The notes beneath the pieces are model-generated. The model was not told the DNA's origin, did not search any database, and saw nothing but the letters and a program-made list of their open reading frames with translations. From Gracilimonas sp. (GTDB lineage Bacteria > Bacteroidota > Rhodothermia > Balneolales > Balneolaceae): a DNA stretch of 64,000 nt. The translations under genes were made by a program, and so were the position numbers. Numbering within the stretch: the first letter of the stretch is position 1; each line of letters opens with the position of its first letter. Shown piece by piece: positions 9,221 to 19,317 of the stretch. The stretch lies in contig JBBDSP010000027.1 of the NCBI GenBank assembly GCA_040904925.1, positions 13,264-77,263 of the forward strand. Reading direction: 5' to 3'.

Positions 9221-9989
9221 AAAACACAGAAAGGCATGCGCAGAAGTTCTGATTATTTGTGGGGTGATTTTGTTTACAGGATGCACCTCAGAATCATCAG
9301 ATAGGTATGAGCATTACTATTTGAAGGGGTATGATGAGTTGGTATTTCGGGATAGTCTTGGAAATCCGGTTCCTCCATCCCAATATATCAGCAGTAATAC
9401 CCGCACCAACGGATTCAGAAGCTATGAGATCATTGATACCAGCCTGACACTGATGCACCGCAGAACAGGAGAGCCATACTCCGGTTATATAAGAACATTT
9501 CACAGAAACACCTATAACCTACAGGGAGAGTACGAAGATGGTAAGATTTTCCGGCTTCGATACTGGCATCCAAACCGAACACTTGGAATGGACCTAGATT
9601 TTGAAAGTGAAGAGACAAAATTATGGGATTCTTCTGGAATGATGGTGGCATCCATTTCTCCCGAAGAAACCTATTATTACTATAAAGGAACACAAAGGAT
9701 CAAAGAAGTCAGGCGAGACACCATTCACACTTTTTTTGATAGAAATGGAGAGATGACACGATATACAATTTTCACAGACTCTACCATAACATTTTATTAT
9801 GCTGATGGGACACCGCGTTTGGAATTGCCCTACAGGGATGGCGGAACGAGAGATGGTGAGGCCCGAAGGTGGCATCCTAACGGACAATTACAGGCTATTG
9901 GTGAGTACAGGAATGGTCAGCAATACGGTACCTGGGTCGAATATGACAGCCTGGGTAATGAGGTCAACAGGGAAGTATACGAGCCCTAA
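9213..9989 (+). CDS. MORN-variant (YwqK-like) repeat lipoprotein
   Basis: Lipobox TGC; repeats such as YYADG, WHPNGQL, GEYRNGQQYGTW. Confidence 0.7.
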   Translation: MNKKHRKACAEVLIICGVILFTGCTSESSDRYEHYYLKGYDELVFRDSLGNPVPPSQYISSNTRTNGFRSYEIIDTSLTLMHRRTGEPYSGYIRTFHRNTYNLQGEYEDGKIFRLRYWHPNRTLGMDLDFESEETKLWDSSGMMVASISPEETYYYYKGTQRIKEVRRDTIHTFFDRNGEMTRYTIFTDSTITFYYADGTPRLELPYRDGGTRDGEARRWHPNGQLQAIGEYRNGQQYGTWVEYDSLGNEVNREVYEP

Positions 9990-10585
9990 ATATCTTCAGG
10001 AAAGAACAAATCCCTAACGTAAGTATAATTCGCAGCCATTCTCCCAACAGGATCATATTTTTCATAATTAACTTTATCACCCTCCATATACACATCATCA
10101 TGTATGTGGTAACAAACCAACTCACCGATCACCTGGTTGAAATTCCCCAATTCCATCACTCGGTTTAGTTTACACTCCATACTGATGAGAGCTTCCTCAA
10201 CTCTTGGAGCAGTAACTAAGCGACTTTTTGAAGGAGTTAACCCGGCTTCATCGAATTCGCTGACATCTTTTGGGAAAATGTGACTGCTTTTCTGCATCTG
10301 AGGTGCAAGTGAGGCAGAAACCATGTTGATTACAAAATCCCCGGTTTCTTTGATATTAGCCAGTGTGTCTTTATCGCCATCTTTACCGACATTTTCTCCC
10401 TGACCTATAGAAATAATAAACATGATCGGATCCGAAGAAATAACCTGGAAGTAACTATACGGAGCAAGATTGGGAATCCCGCTTTTGCCCACAGAAGAAA
10501 CCCAGGCAATGGGACGCGGAACTACAGTTCCTTTCACTAATTTTACAATTTGGCGTTCCGGGAATTCAGATTTTTCTATGATCAC
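9986..10585 (-). CDS. Flavin reductase-like FMN-binding protein
   Basis: VVPRPIAWVSS, NLAPYSYF, KDTLANIKETGDFVIN. Confidence 0.9.
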   Translation of the reverse strand: MIIEKSEFPERQIVKLVKGTVVPRPIAWVSSVGKSGIPNLAPYSYFQVISSDPIMFIISIGQGENVGKDGDKDTLANIKETGDFVINMVSASLAPQMQKSSHIFPKDVSEFDEAGLTPSKSRLVTAPRVEEALISMECKLNRVMELGNFNQVIGELVCYHIHDDVYMEGDKVNYEKYDPVGRMAANYTYVRDLFFPEDI

Positions 10586-10727
10586 GCAGGATGAATTTTT
10601 AGGGTTTATAGCTCAAAGCCAAAGGTAGTTAATTCTGTAAATTTTGCATAACAAAGGTATTTGAAGTTGGTTATCAGGCTTACCCAAAAAATTTCAAGGC
10701 GAAAAGGAATGAAGTTGCTGAAGTAGA

Positions 10728-12488
10728 TCACCGGGCCTCAAAAAAGGCTCTCACCTCATCTGCACTTTTAGTATTCAGTACCCGTCCTTTTCCGTATTTG
10801 CCTTTTCGTGCAATCCGAACTCCATATGGGATATCATCAATACCTTCGGTGGTATGGGCATCGGGGTTGATGGAAGTCATCATTCCAACTTCACGTGCTT
10901 TGTTCCCAAACCGCCAATCAATATCCAATCGGTGGGGGTTGGCGTTGATTTCGATAGCAGTGTTATGATCGGCGGCTAAAGTAACCAACTCGTTGAGGTC
11001 CAGATCGCTGCCGTTTCGCTTTAGCAATAATCGCCCGGTTGGGTGGCCTAAAATTCTTGTATAAGGATTTTTGATAGCATTCCGCATTCGTTCCATCATT
11101 TCTTCGCGAGGCATGTTCAGCGATTGGTGCACACTGGCGATCACAAAATCAAAGCCATCTAAAATATCATTCTTATAATCCAAAGAGCCATCCGAAAGAA
11201 TATCGGATTCAATTCCTTTGAAGATCACAAAGTTTTTGCCGGCTTCTTTAAACTCTTCATTCAGCTTATCGATCTCTTCCCACTGCTGTTTGATCTCATC
11301 TACTGAAAGTCCGCCTGCGTAGGCTGCTGTTTTGGAGTGATCTGTGAGCCCAAGATATTCATAACCGCGCTCCATGCAGGCTTCCGCCATTTCTTTGATG
11401 GAATATTTCCCGTCACTCCACGTGCTGTGGGCATGAATTACTCCGCGGATGTCTTCATTCGTTACCAAGTCGAATTCATTCTGCTCTTCGTAGATCTCAA
11501 ACTCACCTCTATCTTCCCGTAATTCCGGGGGCACAAAATGAAGGTTCAGTTTTTTATAAATATCAGATTCATTGGAGAATTCTATGGGTTGATCAAAATC
11601 TGTATCACCTTCATTATTAAGTTTAAAGAGCCCATATTCATTTAGGCTCATACCCCGGTCGCGGGCGCGTTGACGAAGTACAATATTGTGTTCCTTGCTT
11701 CCCGTGAAATACATGAGCGCTGCGGGAAATTCCACAGGGGAGACGATCCGAAGATCTACTTGTCGGCCTTCTTTGGTTCGAACAGAGCTCTTAGTTTCTC
11801 CGCGACCTAAGACTTCTGTGACCCGGTCATGATTTATGAAGACCTCAAAAAGACCGTCAATATACTTTTCCTCAGCAGCTATAAGGATGTCGATATCCCC
11901 AATGGTTTCGAGTCCGCGACGATAGGAACCTGCCACTTCAATTTGCTGAACGCCCTCAAGGTCTTTCAGGCTTTCAAAGATGGCAGATGCAATTTCCTGA
12001 GCCTGATCAAGTCGGCATCGTTCATCAAATTTTTCCATCCACTCAATGGATTTCTTGATCTTCTCCGCTGACTTTTGTCCTAATCCTGAAAGCGATGCCA
12101 CAGAACCATCATCTATTTTTCCCTTCAGTTCTGCAATGGTGCTGATGCCTAATTCTTTGTGAATTTTATAGGCATTTTTAGGTCCCAATCCTGAAATATT
12201 CAGCCATTCTATCAACCCCTCCGGCACTTTTTCTTTGAAGGCTTCCAGTACGGGCATTTGTCCGGTTTCCTCCAGTGCATAAATATCTTCCGCAATAGAT
12301 TTTCCAACTCCTTTTATATCCGTCAGAGTTTTATTCTGAATGTGATCGCCGATGTTTTCCTGAAGTCCCTCTATGGTTTGGGCAGCCTTATCGAAGGCGA
12401 TCACCTTGAATCGGTTCTCCCCGGCAAGTTGCATCAGTTGAGACACTTCGCGAAGTAAGTCAGCTATTTGGTCGTTGGTATAGGGCAT
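10728..12488 (-). CDS. polX: DNA polymerase X with PHP 3'-5' exonuclease domain
   Basis: HhH motif [31 protein letters not shown]; PHP motifs [18 protein letters not shown]. Confidence 0.95.
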   Translation of the reverse strand: MPYTNDQIADLLREVSQLMQLAGENRFKVIAFDKAAQTIEGLQENIGDHIQNKTLTDIKGVGKSIAEDIYALEETGQMPVLEAFKEKVPEGLIEWLNISGLGPKNAYKIHKELGISTIAELKGKIDDGSVASLSGLGQKSAEKIKKSIEWMEKFDERCRLDQAQEIASAIFESLKDLEGVQQIEVAGSYRRGLETIGDIDILIAAEEKYIDGLFEVFINHDRVTEVLGRGETKSSVRTKEGRQVDLRIVSPVEFPAALMYFTGSKEHNIVLRQRARDRGMSLNEYGLFKLNNEGDTDFDQPIEFSNESDIYKKLNLHFVPPELREDRGEFEIYEEQNEFDLVTNEDIRGVIHAHSTWSDGKYSIKEMAEACMERGYEYLGLTDHSKTAAYAGGLSVDEIKQQWEEIDKLNEEFKEAGKNFVIFKGIESDILSDGSLDYKNDILDGFDFVIASVHQSLNMPREEMMERMRNAIKNPYTRILGHPTGRLLLKRNGSDLDLNELVTLAADHNTAIEINANPHRLDIDWRFGNKAREVGMMTSINPDAHTTEGIDDIPYGVRIARKGKYGKGRVLNTKSADEVRAFFEAR

Positions 12489-12539
12489 GTTGTAATGTTA
12501 AATGCGATAATTATAAATGTTGATTTTAGGGGCGAGGCA

Positions 12540-12600
12540 TGAGGTTTTAGGTGTTAGTTTAGCCTGAAACTAACACCTAAAACCTCACTTCTAACACCTA
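12540..12600 (-). repeat. Heptad-periodic hairpin (GGTGTTA type)
   Basis: Perfect 21-bp IR 12540-12560 / 12567-12587 plus an extra unit overlapping the YraN stop. Confidence 0.8.
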
Positions 12601-12963
12601 TCTGAATGCATCTTCAATGTGATTAAATTCCGGAGCTTCGTTATTTTTTTGGACGATTCCGACAATATCAAAACGCATGGGCGAGCCTTCCATTTTACGC
12701 TCATACATCCATGCTTCAGAGGCTTTAAACACGTTTTTCACTTTTTCTTCGCTTACATGTTCAATAGGCTGTCCGAATTTAGTATTCGAGCGCATTTTCA
12801 CTTCCACAAAAACGATTGCAGTATCATCGTAAGCTACAATATCAACTTCGGCGCGTTCAAAGAAATAATTTCGCTCGAGGATTCTCCAGCCCTTTGATTC
12901 CAGATAAGCACAGGCCAGGTCTTCACCCTCATTGCCAATGTCCCGTTTCGACTTTTTAGTCAT
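12598..12963 (-). CDS. YraN family (UPF0102) putative endonuclease
   Basis: GNEGEDLA, EVDIVA, FVEVKMR, RFDIV. Confidence 0.93.
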   Translation of the reverse strand: MTKKSKRDIGNEGEDLACAYLESKGWRILERNYFFERAEVDIVAYDDTAIVFVEVKMRSNTKFGQPIEHVSEEKVKNVFKASEAWMYERKMEGSPMRFDIVGIVQKNNEAPEFNHIEDAFR

Positions 12964-13528
12964 GCTCTTTCTTGGTTCCGGTCAATGATTCTTTTACTTC
13001 TACCAGTTTAACTAACTGTTTTAAGAATTTCAGATTCTTCTTATTGATATAAGGCAGCAAAGCCCCGGTGAAGCGCTCAAACATCTCCAGGAACTCCATA
13101 TAGTTTTCAATACGGACTTTAAATTCCTTGCTCTCTTCATCATCCAAACCACCGGCTTCGAGGGTTTTTACGCATTCCTCAAGATTTTTGCGAATGGGGG
13201 CTATTTCACGTTGCTGTCGTTCACGAATAATGGTAGATACGATCTTCCAAACATCGGTTTCTGCAGAATAGTAATCTTTTCGGTCACCGGGAAAACTTTC
13301 TTTATGGATAAGCTCCCAATCCAGCAGCCGGCGCAAGTTCATATTGGCGTTACCGCGACTGATATCTAGCGTGTCCATGATGGTATCTGTATCCAGCGGT
13401 TGAGATTCGGCATACAACAGTGCATGAATCTGAGACATGGTTTTATTAATTCCCCATGCCGAAGCCATCTCACCCCAAAGAAGGACGAATTGGTCTAATG
13501 CTTCCTGATATGCCTTGCTGTGTTCCAT
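12956..13528 (-). CDS. GbsR/MarR-type winged-helix regulator
   Basis: WGEMASAWGINKTMSQIHALL, ISRGNANMNLRRL, GDRKDYY. Confidence 0.88.
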   Translation of the reverse strand: MEHSKAYQEALDQFVLLWGEMASAWGINKTMSQIHALLYAESQPLDTDTIMDTLDISRGNANMNLRRLLDWELIHKESFPGDRKDYYSAETDVWKIVSTIIRERQQREIAPIRKNLEECVKTLEAGGLDDEESKEFKVRIENYMEFLEMFERFTGALLPYINKKNLKFLKQLVKLVEVKESLTGTKKEHD

Positions 13529-13544
13529 ATAGGTGGGTTATTCA

Positions 13545-13607
13545 TTAATCGTTATTCGTATGCTTGACATAAGATACGAATAACGATTAACCATTAACGA
13601 GTCACGA
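13545..13607 (-). repeat. Heptad-periodic hairpin (TCGTTAA type)
   Basis: Perfect 17-bp IR 13545-13561 / 13574-13590, starting at the stop of the upstream gene. Confidence 0.75.
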
Positions 13608-13889
13608 TTTTGTTTCTGGGGCACTTTGGGTTTTTGGAGTTTCAGCTTTGGTTTCCGTGCTTCCATTTTCAGTAGCGTCTGCCGGAGGTGTTGAAGCTGA
13701 TTTCCGTCCGCCGTCTTTATAATCGGTCACGTACCAGCCTTCGCCTTTATAGACCACACCGCCCCCGCCGGAAATAATGCGTTTCACTTTTTGTCCGGTA
13801 GTTGGACATGTTGTCAGTGCATCTTCACTCATCTTCTGTACGATTTCGAATGTAGTTCCGTCTTCTCTTTTATATTCGTAAGTAGGCAT
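13602..13889 (-). CDS. FmdB family zinc-ribbon-like protein
   Basis: MPTYEY...CPTTG..VKRIISGGGGVVYKGEGWYVTDY with a low-complexity tail. Confidence 0.85.
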   Translation of the reverse strand: MPTYEYKREDGTTFEIVQKMSEDALTTCPTTGQKVKRIISGGGGVVYKGEGWYVTDYKDGGRKSASTPPADATENGSTETKAETPKTQSAPETKS

Positions 13890-13961
13890 TTTTGGAAATG
13901 TTGAATTGGTTAATGATGAATTTTAAATGGCTTTATACAAATTTTATGCCATTTAAGCTTC

Positions 13962-15155
13962 TTAAGACAAACTTGATAACCCGTTTTTAAGTCGTTTCAT
14001 TGCCTCTTCAAGATCATCCATAGAGGCTGCATAGCTGAGGCGGATTCCGTTGGGTTCCCCGAACGCATCTCCGGGCACAAGGGCCAGGCCAAATTCATCC
14101 AGGAGATATAGACACAGGTCAGTGGAAGAACCAATGGGAGTGCCGTCCGATTTCTTGGAACCGATATAGTGAGAGATATCCGGAAATACATAAAACGCAC
14201 CGCCCGGAGTGAAACAGCTTACGCCTTCGATGGCATTCAGCGCATCCACCAAATAATCACGGCGTTTTTTGAACTGTTCCCGCATGGCTTTTACTTCATC
14301 AAGATTTCCTTTGTAAGCAGCCTCTCCAGCTTTCTGGGAAATGGAGGAAGGGGCGGAGGTCTCCTGACTTTGGATTTTGGAAACGGCACTTACCACATCA
14401 TTATGAGCGGCTAGGTATCCAAGTCGCCAGCCGGTCATGGCAAAGCCTTTGGAAAATCCGTTGATCAAAACTGTTCGGTTTTTAAGATCAGGAGCTATAT
14501 TCAAGATACTTACATGCTCTCCCTCAAAAACGATATACTCATAAATTTCGTCAGAGATCACATAAACCTGAGGATGCTTTCGCAGCACTTCTGCCAATCT
14601 TTCCAGTTCTTCAGCGGTGTATTGAGCTCCCGTTGGATTGGATGGAGAGCAAAGGATCAGGGCCTTGGTTTTGTCAGTGATAGCTTCTTCAAGCTGCTCG
14701 GGTGTTAATTTGAAATTATTCTCAAACGAAGTTCGAATGGTTACCGATTTTCCTTCAGCCAAACGAACCATTTCCGGATAAGAAACCCAGTACGGAGCCG
14801 GAATGATCACCTCATCACCGGGATCAACCAATGCAAGAATGCTGAATCCAACAGACTGCTTGGCCCCATTTGAGCATATGATCTGAGATGGATCGTAATC
14901 CAGGTTGTTGTCTCTTTTTAATTTGGCACAAATAGCCTCCCGCAATTCAGGCGTTCCCGGATTCATGGTATACCCGTGGAACCCATCACTGATTGCCTGA
15001 ATAGCAGCATCACAAATATGCTTTGGCGTTTTGAAATCAGGTTCACCGGCGCTTAAAGAAACGATGGATTTACCTTGCCGTTTAAGCTCTTTGGCTCGTC
15101 CGGTAACTTTAAGTGTTGCAGAGGGCTGTAAATTTTGTGCTCGTTTTGAAATCAT
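13962..15155 (-). CDS. Class I PLP-dependent aminotransferase (aspartate aminotransferase-type)
   Basis: SLSAGEPDF, PSNPTG, SDEIY, GFSKGFAMTGWRLG; start set at MISKRA. Confidence 0.95.
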   Translation of the reverse strand: MISKRAQNLQPSATLKVTGRAKELKRQGKSIVSLSAGEPDFKTPKHICDAAIQAISDGFHGYTMNPGTPELREAICAKLKRDNNLDYDPSQIICSNGAKQSVGFSILALVDPGDEVIIPAPYWVSYPEMVRLAEGKSVTIRTSFENNFKLTPEQLEEAITDKTKALILCSPSNPTGAQYTAEELERLAEVLRKHPQVYVISDEIYEYIVFEGEHVSILNIAPDLKNRTVLINGFSKGFAMTGWRLGYLAAHNDVVSAVSKIQSQETSAPSSISQKAGEAAYKGNLDEVKAMREQFKKRRDYLVDALNAIEGVSCFTPGGAFYVFPDISHYIGSKKSDGTPIGSSTDLCLYLLDEFGLALVPGDAFGEPNGIRLSYAASMDDLEEAMKRLKNGLSSLS

Positions 15156-15241
15156 AATTTTTGAAAATAGAACTAACAGTGAGTGTAAAAGTGATCGGAA
15201 TATAAAGGGCTTGCACAAAGAAAAGTAGAGTTTTGCGGGAC

Positions 15242-15739
15242 TTAATTATTGTCTTTGAACTTTTCTTTCAATGCTTTGGCCACAATTTCTGGCACAAAGG
15301 ATGTGAGGTCTCCGCCCCAGTAGGCTACTTCCTTTACAATGGATGCAGATATAAAGGTGAATTCCTCATCCGGCATGAGAAAAATAGTATCAACTTCAGG
15401 GGCCAGACGTTTGTTGGTGAGTGCCATCCTAAATTCATATTCAAAATCTGAGATCTGCCGAACTCCTCTGACCAAAGTATCTGCCTTCATATCTACGGCA
15501 TGATCGACAAGCAGTCCCGTAAATTGTTTGACCTTCACTTTCCTAGCCCAGCTTTTATCTTTTATACAGGCCTTTATAAGTTCAACCCGCTCATCACCGG
15601 AAAAGACGGCATCCTTTTCTTTATTAACGGCTACGGTAACGATGATGGTCTCAAATAGCTTGGTAGCCCGCTCAAGGATGTCAAGGTGGCCGTTGGTGAT
15701 TGGGTCAAATGAACCTGGATATAAAGCGATGGTTTTCAT
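15242..15739 (-). CDS. coaD: Phosphopantetheine adenylyltransferase
   Basis: YPGSFDPITNGHLDI, RGVR..SDFEYE. Confidence 0.97.
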   Translation of the reverse strand: MKTIALYPGSFDPITNGHLDILERATKLFETIIVTVAVNKEKDAVFSGDERVELIKACIKDKSWARKVKVKQFTGLLVDHAVDMKADTLVRGVRQISDFEYEFRMALTNKRLAPEVDTIFLMPDEEFTFISASIVKEVAYWGGDLTSFVPEIVAKALKEKFKDNN

Positions 15740-15749
15740 AGGGGTGAAT

Positions 15750-16304
15750 TTATTTTGAATCTATCGGATGCTTTTCAAAGATGCTAACAATGGTTCGTCC
15801 GTATGCTTTTGAGAACGAGCAGTGCGGATGATCGGTGAAGTCCTTGTATTTATCATGCTCCAGCATCAGCCAGCCTTCATCGGTAAGCCAGTTATTGGAC
15901 AGAATTTGTTCAATCATTTCATCCATGAACGGATAGTCGTAAGGTGGATCACAAAAGATGAAATGATGCGGGGTTGCCATGCCGTTCAAAAATCGTTGCA
16001 CATCAGAACAAACGATCCTCATCTGCTTGTCGATCCCGAACTGCGTGGCGGTCTTCTCTATCTGCTTCACGTTATCAGGGTCAATCTCAACGGCAGTTAC
16101 ATGTTTGGAGCCCCGCGAAATAGCTTCAAAGCCAAGACTTCCTGAACCGGCGAAAAGATCCAATATTATTGTTCCTTCCATGAAAACGCGCGCTTCAATA
16201 AGATTGAAGATGCTTTCTTTAGTACGGTCGGTAGTGGGGCGTACGTCCAGTCCTTTGGGAATGTTGAAATGACGGCCTTTAAGTTTTCCTGTAATGATCC
16301 GCAT
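15750..16304 (-). CDS. rsmD: 16S rRNA m2G966 methyltransferase
   Basis: MRIITGKLKG, RPTTDRTKESIFN, DLFAGSG, DPPY. Confidence 0.95.
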   Translation of the reverse strand: MRIITGKLKGRHFNIPKGLDVRPTTDRTKESIFNLIEARVFMEGTIILDLFAGSGSLGFEAISRGSKHVTAVEIDPDNVKQIEKTATQFGIDKQMRIVCSDVQRFLNGMATPHHFIFCDPPYDYPFMDEMIEQILSNNWLTDEGWLMLEHDKYKDFTDHPHCSFSKAYGRTIVSIFEKHPIDSK

Positions 16305-16324
16305 GGCGGAATGGTTAATTTTTA

Positions 16325-16370
16325 GTTTTAAATGTTAAATAAAATCTAGCCTTAATTTAACATTTAAAAC
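16325..16370. repeat. AT-rich heptad-periodic hairpin
   Basis: Perfect 16-bp IR GTTTTAAATGTTAAAT / ATTTAACATTTAAAAC. Confidence 0.6.
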
Positions 16371-16390
16371 TGAGCATTTAATATTTGAAA

Positions 16391-17251
16391 TTAAAAGTCG
16401 AGACTAAGGAGAATAGCAGGGAAAGCGGCAGCGAGATCAAAGCCATAGGTTTCTTCTTCGGCCTGAACACCAATGCCTTGAAGTGAGTTGAGTTTTAAGA
16501 TCTCAGCCGAATCATCCCAGAATCCCTGAAGAGCCTGTTCAACTTCATGTGTTTGATGCCCGAACAGATAAATGGTTTCATGAAGCCCGCGCATCCAGCT
16601 TGAGTTGGCCGCATGTTGCATCCAGTGGTAGGGAAGGTCTTCAGGCTGATCAAAAGAAATGTAGGTTGCTGCTCTGAACTTACCGAGTAAAAATGAGGTG
16701 ATGGAAATGATATTATTGTGGCAGCCGATCATCAGAAAAGAACCACCTGGCTTGGCAAATGAAGACCACTTTTGTGCGATCTCAAAATCACTGTTGAAAT
16801 CAGTAGTGGCTATCTGCGTAGTCAGCTCGTCAAAGCCTTCCATAAGATTCCGGCGGCGAACCGACAGAAACTTGTATTCATTGTTGTGAAGAGTATGCCA
16901 GGTAGGCTCCATATGCTCCCGTTTTACTCCTTTCATCAGGATGGCGAGATGGTCTTCCCGTTCGTCTGCATTGTCATAGACTACTTTTGGGAAAACGGTC
17001 CAGCATTCGTGAGCCGGATGAGTTAAAGCACGTACTGATTTAATATTATGCTCGGTACGGAAACGGTCGAAGGTAGAGAGGATGTGGGGAAAATGATCTT
17101 CATGCTGACGGGTAATGGCATTTATCACATCAAAATTGAAGTCAAAGGAGCCAATACGAAAAAGGTGCTTGTCTTTTTCAGGATCATTAATAGAATAGAA
17201 AAGCCGATCCGAAAAAAAACAAACACCTAAATTAGCTGAAGTTTCACCCAT
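16391..17251 (-). CDS. Conserved hypothetical protein (DUF3822-like position upstream of rsmD)
   Basis: 286-aa ORF coupled to the upstream gene by a TAATG overlap; family assignment is from recalled synteny only. Confidence 0.6.
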   Translation of the reverse strand: MGETSANLGVCFFSDRLFYSINDPEKDKHLFRIGSFDFNFDVINAITRQHEDHFPHILSTFDRFRTEHNIKSVRALTHPAHECWTVFPKVVYDNADEREDHLAILMKGVKREHMEPTWHTLHNNEYKFLSVRRRNLMEGFDELTTQIATTDFNSDFEIAQKWSSFAKPGGSFLMIGCHNNIISITSFLLGKFRAATYISFDQPEDLPYHWMQHAANSSWMRGLHETIYLFGHQTHEVEQALQGFWDDSAEILKLNSLQGIGVQAEEETYGFDLAAAFPAILLSLDF

Positions 17252-17724
17252 TAATTCCAGTTTGGAGCATTACGCATCGTAGTACGTTCAAGGCTGCCAA
17301 TAGCATCATCAGAACCCGGATCCGTCAGCAAATAGATCTGAGGATTTAAAGTATCATTCAGAGCATACTCAAATTTCGGATAAGGAGGACGAGGGGAATA
17401 AACCAGAGAATCAGGAGTGAATACATCGAATGTTCGTCCGAAAAGACTATCTCCCATGGCTATCATTAAAGAGTCTGTTTTTAGGAAATTAACGAGACTG
17501 TCCAAACCACCTTCAGTTGGAGGGAAGGTGTCAAATTCGTTCTCGTATTGAATGAGGGCATCTTTGGTATCCGTCATGCGCTGGCGAACTTGTTCGGTGA
17601 GGGCTTCACGCTCCAAAACTTGTTGATATGGAGTTACCAGTGAATCATACAACCAATAAGTAAGTCCCAGAATTACGATTCCAAGTACAATTGTCAGAAT
17701 TTTATTACGCGAATCAATGTCCAT
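17251..17724 (-). CDS. Membrane-anchored hypothetical protein with a pseudopilin-like segment
   Basis: One N-terminal TM helix, then YENEFDTFPPTEGGLDSLV. Confidence 0.6.
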   Translation of the reverse strand: MDIDSRNKILTIVLGIVILGLTYWLYDSLVTPYQQVLEREALTEQVRQRMTDTKDALIQYENEFDTFPPTEGGLDSLVNFLKTDSLMIAMGDSLFGRTFDVFTPDSLVYSPRPPYPKFEYALNDTLNPQIYLLTDPGSDDAIGSLERTTMRNAPNWN

Positions 17725-17887
17725 GTGGCAAGCAAATGAGTTAAAAAATTATGTTTAAATCCCAAGTAAAATTCGGAGAAAGAAAATACATGCACACCCA
17801 TAGATATGCAACTTTCTGTAGTATTCATAAAATATGAATTTAAAATTCTATTTAAGCCCTTATTTTAGCACCCAATTTTAACCCGAA

Positions 17888-19201
17888 ATGCAGGCCGGTT
17901 TGAACCGAAAAATACTCCGCCTCGCCATCCCAAATATCATCAGTAATCTTTCTGTTCCATTGCTTGGAGCCGTTGATACTGCTGTTGTAGGGCGTCTTGA
18001 GCATGTTTATTACCTGGGAGCCATAGCAGTAGGAAGCATCATATTTGACTTTATATTTTGGGGATTCGGCTTTCTCAGGATGGGGACCACAGGTATGGTT
18101 GCACAAGCCTACGGAGCACAAGAAGAGCGAAAAACGCGCATTATTTTATTTCGGGTGTTACTGGTTGCGGGTATAAGCAGTGCTTTTATTTTACTGATCC
18201 AATACCCCCTGATCGATGCCTCACTCTTTATCGTCAATGCATCGCCCGAAGTAGAGGAATATACCCGCCTGTACTATCATATACGCATTTTTGCAGCTCC
18301 CGCAACACTCGCTCTTTTTGGATTGAATGGGTGGTTTCTCGGTATGCAGAATTCAACCTATCCAATGATCATTACTATTTTCTTAAATATTGTAAATATT
18401 GCGCTGAACCTCATTTTTGTGTTCCGATTTAATATGACGGTTGACGGAGTGGCGACAGGTAGTTTAATCGCTAGCTTCCTTGCCCTCGGGCTGGCTGTGA
18501 TCCTGTACAAGAAAAAATATGGCGGGGTGAAGTTAAATATCAGCTGGGGTGAACTCGTGGAAACCGAAGAGCTGAAAAAGTTCTTTTCAGTGAACAGAGA
18601 TATTGTGATCCGGACTTTGTGCCTGATCTTTTCGTATGCATTCTTTACCGCAAAATCGGCTGAGATGGGAGATGTGGTTCTAGCCGCAAATACTATTTTG
18701 TTGCAAATGTGGTACATCAGCTCGTATGGAACCGACGGCTTTGCCTATGCTGCTGAGAGTTTGGTGGGAAGATTTAAAGGGGCCCGGGATTCCACTCAGC
18801 TAAAAGCTGCGGTAAAAGCTAATATGCTTTGGGGACTTGGCCTTGGAATACTGGGAACCACGACCTATGCTATTTTTGATGCAGAGATCATCGCGCTTTT
18901 CACCGATAAAGAAAATGTGATCGCAGTAGCAATGACGGTTGTGATATGGCTTATTGCGGCACCTATTGTCAATAGTGTATGTTTTATCTGGGATGGAGTA
19001 TATATTGGTGCAACGGCCACAGGTGCTATGCGGAATTCTATGCTGGTGGCTACTATCCTCGTTTTCATCCCGGTATATTATATAAGTGAACCCTTTGCGG
19101 GCATTCATGCGCTATGGATGGCGATGACGGCTTTTATGGTGGCGAGAGGAGTGATACTCTCGTTGTATGCACCTTCTCGAATTTTTGGCAGCTCCTCTTG
19201 A
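17888..19201 (+). CDS. MATE family efflux transporter (DinF-like)
   Basis: LAIPNIISNLSVPLLGAVDTAVVG, FGFLRMGTTG, DGFAYAAE, DGVYIG. Confidence 0.95.
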   Translation: MQAGLNRKILRLAIPNIISNLSVPLLGAVDTAVVGRLEHVYYLGAIAVGSIIFDFIFWGFGFLRMGTTGMVAQAYGAQEERKTRIILFRVLLVAGISSAFILLIQYPLIDASLFIVNASPEVEEYTRLYYHIRIFAAPATLALFGLNGWFLGMQNSTYPMIITIFLNIVNIALNLIFVFRFNMTVDGVATGSLIASFLALGLAVILYKKKYGGVKLNISWGELVETEELKKFFSVNRDIVIRTLCLIFSYAFFTAKSAEMGDVVLAANTILLQMWYISSYGTDGFAYAAESLVGRFKGARDSTQLKAAVKANMLWGLGLGILGTTTYAIFDAEIIALFTDKENVIAVAMTVVIWLIAAPIVNSVCFIWDGVYIGATATGAMRNSMLVATILVFIPVYYISEPFAGIHALWMAMTAFMVARGVILSLYAPSRIFGSSS

Positions 19202-19317
19202 TGTTTAGTTTACACCTCGCTTTTAATTATAAAAATATCAGTTTAATAAAGCTGAATGGTAGATACTCATATTACATTAAGTCTATATACTTATACTGAA
19301 AGAAATAAATAATCAGG

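Noticed and set aside
9213-9989. YwqK-like protein as the antitoxin of a toxin-antitoxin pair
   Set aside because: It has a lipoprotein signal and no adjacent toxin gene; MORN-variant repeats are a generic scaffold.
10728-12488. PolX as part of an NHEJ or defence locus
   Set aside because: No Ku, LigD or defence genes are adjacent; a stand-alone PolX-PHP is common.
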